From Longimicrobiales bacterium (GTDB lineage: Bacteria; Gemmatimonadota; Gemmatimonadetes; Longimicrobiales; Gaopeijiaceae), in the NCBI GenBank assembly GCA_965204735.1, contig OZ242008.1, positions 96,001 through 160,000 on the forward strand: 64,000 nucleotides of DNA, written 5' to 3'. Below, piece by piece: positions 56,411-64,000 of the stretch (positions are counted from its first letter, which is position 1; every line of letters starts with the position of its first letter). The notes under the pieces are model-generated. The model worked only from the letters and a program-made list of their open reading frames with translations. It ran no database searches and was not told where the DNA came from. A program made the position numbers and the translations under genes.

Positions 56411-58753
56411 ATGACGCCTCCGTCTTTCGAAAGCGAAGAGAGGGATCAAGTCCCTCGGGGGAAGAGAAGAACTTTGCCGACACCCGCACGCGACGCGCTG
56501 GAGTACCACGCCGAAGGCCGACCGGGGAAGATCGAGGTGGTCCCCTCGAAGGCCGTGGCCACCCAGAGGGACCTCTCGTTGGCGTACACGCCCGGGGTCG
56601 CCGAGCCCTGTCGGGCGATTCACCGAGACCCGGAGGAAGTCTTCCGCTACACGGCCCGGGGAAATCTGGTCGCCGTCGTCTCCAACGGAACGGCGGTGCT
56701 GGGGCTCGCAAACATCGGCCCGCTGGCGTCCAAGCCGGTGATGGAGGGCAAGGGCGTCCTCTTCAAGCGCTTCGCGGGGATCGACGTCTTCGACCTGGAG
56801 ATCGACACGGAGGACCCGGATGAGATCGTCCGCTTCTGCCAGCTGCTCGAGCCCACCGTCGGCGGCATCAACCTGGAAGACATCCGGGCGCCCGAGTGCT
56901 TCCACGTGGAGGAGAAGCTGCGGGAGACGATGGGGATTCCCGTCTTCCACGACGACCAGCACGGAACCGCCATCATCGCGGGGGCGGCCCTGATCAACGC
57001 CTTGGAGCTCTCCGGCCGGAGCCCGGAAAGCGCCCAGGTCGTGTTCAGCGGGGCGGGCGCGTCGGCGCTGGCCACGGCGGGGCACTTCCTGCGGCTGGGC
57101 GTCCGCCCCGAGCACCTGCTGATGGCGGACCGGGCCGGGGTGATCCACCAGGGTCGCGAGGAGGGGATGAACCGCTACAAGGCGAAGTACGCCACTGCCC
57201 GCCCCGAGCGGACCCTGGCAGATGCGATGGAGGGGGCCGACGTGGTGGTCGGCCTCTCCGCGCAGGGAGCGATCACCAAGGAGATGGTCGCTTCGATGGG
57301 GCCGAACCCGGTCATCTTCGCCCTGGCCAACCCCGACCCCGAGATCACGCCGGAGGAGGTGGCCCGCGTCCGGGGCGACGCGATCATGGCCACGGGCCGC
57401 TCCGACTATCCGAATCAAGTGAACAACGTCCTGGGCTTCCCCTTCCTCTTCCGAGGCGCCTTGGACGTGCGAGCCAGGCGCATCGACGAGGGGATGATGC
57501 TGGCGGCGACCGAGGCGCTGGCGGAGCTGGCCCGCGACGAGGTGCCCGAGTCGGTGGCTCGCGCCTACGGGCGGGACGACTTCGCCTTCGGGCGCGACTA
57601 CCTGATCCCCAAGCCCTTCGACCCGCGAGTCCTCCTTCACGTGGCGCCGGCGGTGGCCAACGCCGCCGCGGAGTCGGGGGCGGCCCGCCTCTCCGTGGAC
57701 CCGGACGAGTACCGGGCTCGACTGGAAGCCAGCCTGGGTCCCGGGCGCGAGGTCATGCGGCGGATGCGCAGCCGGGCGCGCAGGGACCCGGCGCGCATCG
57801 TGCTGGCGGACGGCTACAACGAGCGGGTGTTGCGCGCGGCCGCCCAGGTCGTCGAGGAGGGGATCGCCCGGGTGGTGCTGATCGGCAAGGCCGAGAAGGT
57901 GCACCGGATCGGCGCCGAGCTGGGGCTGGAGCTGGGAACCGTCGAGTGCGTCCACCCCGCCGCCGAGGAGGAGCGGCGCTACGAGTACGCCGACGAGTTC
58001 CACCGGCGCCGGGAGCGCAAGGGGCTGACCCTGGCCCACGCCCGGGCCCGGGCCTACGAGCCGGTCTACTTCGCCTCGATGATGGTCAGGGCCGGCCACG
58101 CCGACGCCATGGTGGCCGGGATCGACTCCAACTACCCGGAGATCCTCCGACCCGCGCTGGAGGTGGTCGGGACGTCGTCCTCGGTGCAGCGGGCGTCGGG
58201 GCTGCACATCATCGCCTTCCGGGACCGGGACCCCCTCTTCTTCGCCGACACGACCGTCAACATCGACCCCGACGCGGCCACCCTGGCGGAGGTCGCAGTG
58301 TCGGCGGCCGGGTTCGTCCGCGACCAGGGGATCGAGCCCAGGATCGCCATGCTGTCGTTCTCCAACTTCGGCTCCGTCCGCCACCCCCAGGCCGAGAAGG
58401 TGCGGGAAGCGGTCGAGCGGATCCGCGCCATGGCGCCCGAGCTGGCCGTGGACGGCGAGATGCAGGCCGACGTGGCGGTCAGCGAGCACATGATGTCGGA
58501 AACCTATCCCTTCTGCGACCTGACGGGACCCGCCAACGTGCTCGTCTTCCCCACCCTCAGCGCGGCCAACGCGTCCTACAAGCTCCTGAGCCAGCTGGGG
58601 GCCGCCGAGGTGATCGGACCAATCCTTCTGGGAATGGAGAAGCCGGTCCACGTGCTGCAGCGCGGAAGCTCGGTCCTCGAGATCGTCCACCTGATCGCGA
58701 TCGCGTCCGTGGACGCCCGGACCCGGCGGAATCAAATTGGGGATTCCCCATAA
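56411..58753 (+). CDS. maeB: NADP-dependent malic enzyme with PTA domain (start may be TTG 56474)
   Basis: DLSLAYTPGVA, SNGTAVLGL, KPVMEGK, HDDQHGT, NQVNNVLGFP; C-terminal LSFSNFGS and DGEMQAD. Confidence 0.95.
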   Translation: MTPPSFESEERDQVPRGKRRTLPTPARDALEYHAEGRPGKIEVVPSKAVATQRDLSLAYTPGVAEPCRAIHRDPEEVFRYTARGNLVAVVSNGTAVLGLANIGPLASKPVMEGKGVLFKRFAGIDVFDLEIDTEDPDEIVRFCQLLEPTVGGINLEDIRAPECFHVEEKLRETMGIPVFHDDQHGTAIIAGAALINALELSGRSPESAQVVFSGAGASALATAGHFLRLGVRPEHLLMADRAGVIHQGREEGMNRYKAKYATARPERTLADAMEGADVVVGLSAQGAITKEMVASMGPNPVIFALANPDPEITPEEVARVRGDAIMATGRSDYPNQVNNVLGFPFLFRGALDVRARRIDEGMMLAATEALAELARDEVPESVARAYGRDDFAFGRDYLIPKPFDPRVLLHVAPAVANAAAESGAARLSVDPDEYRARLEASLGPGREVMRRMRSRARRDPARIVLADGYNERVLRAAAQVVEEGIARVVLIGKAEKVHRIGAELGLELGTVECVHPAAEEERRYEYADEFHRRRERKGLTLAHARARAYEPVYFASMMVRAGHADAMVAGIDSNYPEILRPALEVVGTSSSVQRASGLHIIAFRDRDPLFFADTTVNIDPDAATLAEVAVSAAGFVRDQGIEPRIAMLSFSNFGSVRHPQAEKVREAVERIRAMAPELAVDGEMQADVAVSEHMMSETYPFCDLTGPANVLVFPTLSAANASYKLLSQLGAAEVIGPILLGMEKPVHVLQRGSSVLEIVHLIAIASVDARTRRNQIGDSP

Positions 58754-58794
58754 GAGACCGTCCCAGGGAGAACCAACGCTCCGATGACGCTCTG

Positions 58795-60402
58795 ATGACC
58801 GTGGTCACCGACCTGCCCTCGCCGCTCGCCGCGCCGGGCTTGGAGATGCACGGGCTCGCGCCGCGCCGGCGGGTCCGCTGGAACCGGGGCGTCGCGTCGC
58901 TCTACGAGGCCGCGCTGCGCCTGGAGACGGGAAGGATCGCCGAGGGCGGGGGCTTGGCGACCACGACGCTGCCCCACACGGGACGCTCGCCCAACGACCG
59001 CTTCGTCGCCCAGGAAGCGGAAACCTTCGAGCAGATCGACTGGGGCGAGATCAACGTCCCCCTCCCCCGGGAGCGCTACGCCCGCCTCAAGGCCGACCTG
59101 ATCGAGCACCTGAACGGCGAGGACCTCTGGGTGCGGGACGTGCGCGCCGGCGCCGACCCCCGTTACGGGATCGGCGTGCGGGTGATCTCGGAGAGTCCGT
59201 GGCACGACCTCTTCGCCCGCAACATGTTCCTGCCCCCGTCGCCCGACGAGCGGTTCGGCCTGGCGCCCGGCTTCACGGTGTACCACGCGCCGACGTTTCC
59301 GGCGGACCCGGAGCGCCACGGCACCCGGTCCGGCGTCTTCGTGGCGATCAGCTTTGCCGACCGCTCCGTGCTGGCGGGAGGCACGGCCTACGCGGGCGAG
59401 ATCAAGAAGTCGATCTTCTCGGTGCTCAACTTCCTGCTGCCGGACAAGGGCGTGCTGCCCATGCACTGCTCCGCCAACATCGGTCGGTCCGGCGACACGG
59501 CCCTCTTCTTCGGGCTCTCGGGCACGGGAAAGACCACCCTCTCGGCCGACCCTTCCCGACGGCTGATCGGCGACGACGAGCACGGATGGAGCGACGACGG
59601 CGTCTTCAACTTCGAGGGGGGCTGCTACGCCAAGACGATCCGCCTCTCCGCCGAGGGCGAGCCCGACATCTACCGGGCCACCCGTCGATTCGGGACCATT
59701 CTGGAGAACGTGGTCCTGGATGAGGAGACCCGCGCGGTCGACTACGACTCGGCCCTCCTCACCGAGAACACGCGGGCGTCCTATCCCATCGGCTTCATCC
59801 CGGGATCGGTGGAGTCGGGCCGCGGGGGACACCCGGCGAACGTGGTGTTCCTCACGGCCGACGCCTTCGGCGTGCTGCCGCCGGTGGCGCGCCTGTCGCC
59901 GGAGCAGGCGATGTACCACTTCCTGTCGGGCTACACGGCCAAGGTGGCGGGTACCGAACGGGGCGTGACCGAACCCAGGGCCACCTTCAGCGCCTGCTTC
60001 GGGGCGCCCTTCCTGCCGCGCCACCCCGCGGTCTACGCCGCGCTGCTGGGCGAGCGGCTCCAGGACCACGGCGCGACGGCGTGGCTGGTCAACACCGGTT
60101 GGACGGGCGGCCGCTACGGGACCGGCTCGCGGATGGAGCTGGCCCACACCCGGGCAATGGTGGCGGCGGTGCTCGACGGTGCGCTGGACGACGCGCCGGG
60201 GGCGACCGACCCGGTCTTTGGGCTGCGCATCCCCTTGCGCGTGCCGGGCGTTCCCGACGAGGTGCTGCAGCCCCGAGGGACGTGGACCGACCCGGGCGAG
60301 TACGACGCCGCCGCCGGGGAGCTGGCAGCCGGCTTCAAGAGGAACTTCCAGCGGTTCGCGGGACGGGTCGAGGGGGCGGTTCGGGATGCGGGTCCTGCGT
60401 AG
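58795..60402 (+). CDS. pckA: Phosphoenolpyruvate carboxykinase (ATP)
   Basis: TGRSPND, YAGEIKK, MHCSAN, FGLSGTGKTTLS, IGDDEHGW, NFEGGCYAK. Confidence 0.97.
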   Translation: MTVVTDLPSPLAAPGLEMHGLAPRRRVRWNRGVASLYEAALRLETGRIAEGGGLATTTLPHTGRSPNDRFVAQEAETFEQIDWGEINVPLPRERYARLKADLIEHLNGEDLWVRDVRAGADPRYGIGVRVISESPWHDLFARNMFLPPSPDERFGLAPGFTVYHAPTFPADPERHGTRSGVFVAISFADRSVLAGGTAYAGEIKKSIFSVLNFLLPDKGVLPMHCSANIGRSGDTALFFGLSGTGKTTLSADPSRRLIGDDEHGWSDDGVFNFEGGCYAKTIRLSAEGEPDIYRATRRFGTILENVVLDEETRAVDYDSALLTENTRASYPIGFIPGSVESGRGGHPANVVFLTADAFGVLPPVARLSPEQAMYHFLSGYTAKVAGTERGVTEPRATFSACFGAPFLPRHPAVYAALLGERLQDHGATAWLVNTGWTGGRYGTGSRMELAHTRAMVAAVLDGALDDAPGATDPVFGLRIPLRVPGVPDEVLQPRGTWTDPGEYDAAAGELAAGFKRNFQRFAGRVEGAVRDAGPA

Positions 60403-61645
60403 GGACCAAGTCGCGCTCGCGGTGGCGCTCGCCCTGGCCGGGTGCGAACGGGCCGAGCAGTTCGGGGACCGGTTCCGGGGGATGACGCCCTGGGAAGCGT
60501 ACCAGGCGTCGTTGGCCGAGGCGGGCTTGGCGGAGACGGCGCTGGCCAGGGAGTGGACCTGGGCGGGCCGGCAGGCCCTGGAGAGCTCGGTGCCGGTGAC
60601 TCTGCCCTTCCGGGAAGAGGGCTTCATCACCCCCGAGTCGCCGGCGGCGGCGGCCTACCGGCTGGTTCTCCCCCGAGGGCGCAAGCTGGTGGCGGAAGTC
60701 TCGCTGGACTCTCCCGACGGGACGCGCCTCTTCGTGGACGTCTTCCGGGCGCCTGCCGACGAACGGGACCCCTTTCGGCCCGTCTTCTCTTCGGACTCGG
60801 CTTCGCTGACGTTCGTCTACGAGCCTTGGCGCGGCGGCGACTTCGTCGTGCGCGTCCAGCCCGAGCTGCTCCGGGGCGGGAGCTATCGGATCGCCCTGCG
60901 GCAGGACGCCCAGCTCGACTTCCCCGTGCAGGGGCGGAGCATGAGGGACGTGGGCAGCCGCTTCGGCGCGGCCCGGGACGGGGGAAGGCGCCGCCACGCG
61001 GGGGTGGACATCTTCGCGGCCAGGGGCACGCCCGTGCTGGCGGCGTCGGGCGGTCGGGTCGGTCGGGTCTCGACCACCCCTCGGGGCGGCAAGGTGGTGT
61101 GGGTGCGGGACTCGGTGCGGAACGCCAGCCTCTACTACGCGCACCTGGACAGCCAGCACGTGAGGCGCGGCGACGAGGTCCGGCCGGGCGACACCCTGGG
61201 GTTCGTGGGGAACACGGGCAACGCGCGAACCACGCCGCCGCACCTGCACTTCGGGGTGTACCGGCGCGGCGAAGGACCGATCGACCCGTACCCGTTCCTC
61301 GACCCGCCCCGGGGAAGGCTGCCCGCCCAGGACGCCGACTTGGCGCTGCTGGGGGGCCGGGCGCTGCCGCGGTCGCGCGGTGTGCGGCTGCGGGCCGGGC
61401 CGAGCCTGGGGGCGGACGTGCTCGCTGAGCTGGACGGGGGCGCGGCCGTGCGGGTGGTGGGTGCGGCCGGGTCGTGGTACCGGGTGCGGCTGGCGGGGGG
61501 TCGGGAGGGCTACGTGGCCGCGCGGCTGGCCGTGAACGCCGGAGAGGACGCGTCGGTTGGCGGCGGGGGCGTGTTCGTCGACAAGGATCAGCCTGCGGGG
61601 GCGGCGGCGACCGGAGCCGTCGCTGGCCGTCACGCTCCCTCGTGA
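60386..61645 (+). CDS. M23 family metallopeptidase lipoprotein with C-terminal SH3b
   Basis: Lipobox LAGC, HAGVDIFA, YYAHLD, VGNTGNA, HLHFG, LRAGPS...WYRV. Confidence 0.9.
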   Translation: MRVLRRDQVALAVALALAGCERAEQFGDRFRGMTPWEAYQASLAEAGLAETALAREWTWAGRQALESSVPVTLPFREEGFITPESPAAAAYRLVLPRGRKLVAEVSLDSPDGTRLFVDVFRAPADERDPFRPVFSSDSASLTFVYEPWRGGDFVVRVQPELLRGGSYRIALRQDAQLDFPVQGRSMRDVGSRFGAARDGGRRRHAGVDIFAARGTPVLAASGGRVGRVSTTPRGGKVVWVRDSVRNASLYYAHLDSQHVRRGDEVRPGDTLGFVGNTGNARTTPPHLHFGVYRRGEGPIDPYPFLDPPRGRLPAQDADLALLGGRALPRSRGVRLRAGPSLGADVLAELDGGAAVRVVGAAGSWYRVRLAGGREGYVAARLAVNAGEDASVGGGGVFVDKDQPAGAAATGAVAGRHAPS

Positions 61646-61896
61646 CCACTTTCAGGCTGGCCCTCCTGGGCATCGCCGTGGCGCTCGTCGCGTCCACCGA
61701 GGGCGAAACGGTGAAGAAGCTCGCCAAGCCGCTGTCGATCCTGGCCATGCGCGCGCCCGTCTGCGTCCGGCTGGCCAGCAAGAAGGGGTTTGCCGCGACC
61801 AAGCTGCTGGCGGTCGACGAAGGGCCGGGGTTCAACGAAGTCGTGCAGTACTGCAAGTGGGAGAACATCAAACCGCGCACGGAGAAAAAGGCATGA
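61642..61896 (+). CDS. Small hypothetical protein
   Basis: GTGA overlap with the M23 stop and host-like codon usage; no recognised family. Confidence 0.35.
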   Translation: MTTFRLALLGIAVALVASTEGETVKKLAKPLSILAMRAPVCVRLASKKGFAATKLLAVDEGPGFNEVVQYCKWENIKPRTEKKA

Positions 61897-61951
61897 ACAA
61901 GACGGCGGGCACCCGCGAATCGGTCCACCGCTGGTCGGAAGGCGTCGCCGC

Positions 61952-63703
61952 TTGAGCGGCCCAAGCCGTCTGATCGCCCCGTACGGAGGCGTTCTCTGCG
62001 ACCTGTACGCCGACGGGGAACGGCGCCTCGAGCTCTTGGCGGCGTCCCGAGACTGGCCCTCCTGGACCTTGAGCCCGCGCCAGTCGTGCGACCTGGAGCT
62101 GCTCATGAACGGGGCGCTCTCGCCGCTGCGGGGCTTCATGACCCGAGCCGACTACGCGGGCGTCGTCTCGCGGATGCGGCTGGCCGACGGCACGCTCTGG
62201 CCGATCCCCGTCGCCTTGGACGTGAGCCGGGAGGCGGCCGAGAAGCTGACCCCGGGAGAGATGCTGGCTCTCCGGGACGGTCAGGGGAACCTTCTGGCCG
62301 CGCTGCGTGCCGACGAGGTCTGGGAGCCCGACCGGGAAGAGGAAGCCGTCGCCGTCTACGGCAGCCGCTCCGGCGGTCCCGGCGCGAAGCTCGCCGAGCA
62401 CCCGGGCGTTCAGCGGCTCCGGCAAGGGACCGGACCCGTATGCGTCGGCGGTCCCGTGGAGGGGCTCCGCAGGCCCGTCCACTACGACTACCCCATGCTG
62501 CGCCACGCCCCCGCCGAGCTTCGCGGCGCCTTCTCCACCCTGGGCTGGCGTCTGGTGGTCGCGTTCCAGACCCGCAACCCCCTCCACCGCGCCCACCGGG
62601 AACTCACTGTCCGGGCGGTGAAGGAGGTGCGGGCGAGCCTCCTCGTGCACCCGGTGGTGGGGGCGGGCCGCCCGGGGGACTTGGACCACTACACCCGCGT
62701 GCGTTGCTACCAAGCGGTCATGCCCACCTACCCGCAGAACACGGCGATGCTGTCGCTTCTGCCCCTGGCGATGCGGATGGCCGGTCCCCGGGAAGCGCTC
62801 TGGCACGCCTTGATCCGACGGAACTTCGGCTGCACGCACCTGATCGTGGGCCGCGACCACGCGGGGCCGGGCCAGGATTCGGCGGGGGTCCCCTTCTATG
62901 CTCCGAACGAGGCGCAGGAGCTGCTGCGGGAGCACGAGGCCGAGACGGGCGTCGGCACCGTGGCCTTCGAGGAGATGGCGTACTTCCCCGAGACGGGCGC
63001 CCTCTGTCCCGTCGGTGAAGCGCCCAGGGGCGCCCGGGCGCTGCGACTGTCGGGCAGCGAGCTGCGCCGGCGGCTCAGCCAGGACCTGCCGCTGCCGTCG
63101 TGGTTCACCTTCCCCGAAGTGGAGAAGGAGCTGCGCCGGGCCGCGCCCCCGCGCCGAAGGCGGGGGTTCGTGGTGTTCTTCACCGGGCTGTCGGGCGCCG
63201 GAAAGAGCACGATCGCCGGGGCCCTGATGGTGAAGCTCCGGGAGGTGGGCGGTCGCCCCGTCACGCTCCTGGACGGCGACATCGTGCGCCTGCACCTCTC
63301 CAGCGAGCTCGGGTTCTCGAAGGAGCACAGGGACATCAACATCAGGCGGATCGGCTTCGTGGCGTCCGAGATCGCCAAGAACGGAGGGATCGCCCTGTGC
63401 GCTCCCATCGCGCCCTACGAGGCCGTGCGCGAGCAAGTCCGCAACATGGTCGAGCCGGCGGGCGGGTTCGTGCTGGTTCACGTGGCGACTCCGCTGGCGG
63501 TGTGCGAGAGGCGGGACCCGAAGGGGCTGTACGCGAAGGCCCGGGCAGGGCTGGTGAAGCAGTTCACCGGCGTGTCCGACGTGTACGAGGAGCCCCGCAG
63601 CGCCGACGTGGAGATCGACACGACGGAGATGTCGCCGGAGGAGGCGGCGCACCTGGTGGTGCTTCACCTGGAGCGGGAGGGCTACATCGCGGCCTCGGGG
63701 TGA
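61952..63703 (+). CDS. sat: Bifunctional sulfate adenylyltransferase / adenylylsulfate kinase
   Basis: AFQTRNPLHRAH, IVGRDHAG; kinase motifs FFTGLSGAGKST, LDGDIVR, RDPKGLY. Confidence 0.93.
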   Translation: MSGPSRLIAPYGGVLCDLYADGERRLELLAASRDWPSWTLSPRQSCDLELLMNGALSPLRGFMTRADYAGVVSRMRLADGTLWPIPVALDVSREAAEKLTPGEMLALRDGQGNLLAALRADEVWEPDREEEAVAVYGSRSGGPGAKLAEHPGVQRLRQGTGPVCVGGPVEGLRRPVHYDYPMLRHAPAELRGAFSTLGWRLVVAFQTRNPLHRAHRELTVRAVKEVRASLLVHPVVGAGRPGDLDHYTRVRCYQAVMPTYPQNTAMLSLLPLAMRMAGPREALWHALIRRNFGCTHLIVGRDHAGPGQDSAGVPFYAPNEAQELLREHEAETGVGTVAFEEMAYFPETGALCPVGEAPRGARALRLSGSELRRRLSQDLPLPSWFTFPEVEKELRRAAPPRRRRGFVVFFTGLSGAGKSTIAGALMVKLREVGGRPVTLLDGDIVRLHLSSELGFSKEHRDINIRRIGFVASEIAKNGGIALCAPIAPYEAVREQVRNMVEPAGGFVLVHVATPLAVCERRDPKGLYAKARAGLVKQFTGVSDVYEEPRSADVEIDTTEMSPEEAAHLVVLHLEREGYIAASG

Positions 63704-63978
63704 GGCGCGCGACCCAAGGTCATTCCGCTTCCAGCCTTTGTCGCAGCGCCGTCCTCGCGCGGTGCAAGCTGGCCTTGACCGTGCCCGGCGCTCGACCGAT
63801 CTCTTCCGCGATCTCCTTGATCGTCATCTCTTCCCTGATCCGGACTCGTCCCCGGGCCGGCGAAGCTGCCGGCTGCGGCGAGCAAGTCCGTGTAGCTCCG
63901 CCTGACCGCCTTCGCGATCTCTCGCCAAGCCAGGTCGCAGCCTTCGTCCCGTCTCCGGTCGATCTCCGGGTTGCTCAT
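63682..63978 (-). CDS. Hypothetical protein, possibly the C-terminus of a gene entering from beyond the window
   Basis: Frame is open to the window edge; DLAWREIAKAVR helix. Confidence 0.3.
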   Translation of the reverse strand: MSNPEIDRRRDEGCDLAWREIAKAVRRSYTDLLAAAGSFAGPGTSPDQGRDDDQGDRGRDRSSAGHGQGQLAPREDGAATKAGSGMTLGRAPHPEAAM

Positions 63979-64000
63979 GTGGCTTCCTCGTGCAGGTCGT

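Noticed and set aside
54434..58735. 1433-aa minus-strand ORF
   Set aside because: The portion above 56278 is the antisense shadow of maeB. Only 54434-56278 looks like a real gene.
63682..64000. TIR-domain C-terminus
   Set aside because: Only a weak D.AW.EI helix resemblance, truncated by the window edge; insufficient evidence.

Overview
High-GC bacterial chromosome window. The gene repertoire suggests Gemmatimonadota, but this is inference only. The housekeeping and envelope backbone comprises a sugar nucleotidyltransferase, an SSS symporter, a GalK-like kinase, an ABC exporter, an M1 peptidase, accA, a PSP1/RicT protein, an SLC13 transporter, cspA, polA, ssb, a sigma-70 factor, a BamA-like protein, maeB, pckA, an M23 peptidase and sat-cysC. 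Two accessory blocks interrupt it. The first is a small AAA-ATPase + DUF4276 module (3.8-5.9 kb). The second is a ~27 kb defence island (22.3-49.5 kb) built on a type 3 BREX locus (brxF-brxC-pglXI-[cargo]-pglZ-brxA) with no brxHII helicase. In its place sit ~8 kb of cargo: an antisense operon of two HEPN-type genes (one split by a 1516-bp IS with a CTAG duplication), an IS3 remnant, a decayed ubiquitin-like/E2-like pair, a Schlafen/AlbA_2 ATP-binding protein, and a Panacea/YwgA-like + DUF2335 pair. Downstream are DUF5343-PIN, AbrB, a ghost copy of the pglZ/brxA 3' ends, an R-M fragment, an AAA ATPase whose DUF4276 partner has collapsed, a STAND-like ATPase, a pRiA4b ORF3 protein and a FitAB-like pair. 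The most striking non-coding signal is one 11-bp-periodic repeat array, with FitA-like half-sites, found both upstream of the FitA-like gene (49.4 kb) and upstream of the distant AAA/DUF4276 module (5.8 kb). No rRNA, tRNA or CRISPR array was seen. All family assignments come from motif recognition by eye, not database searches.
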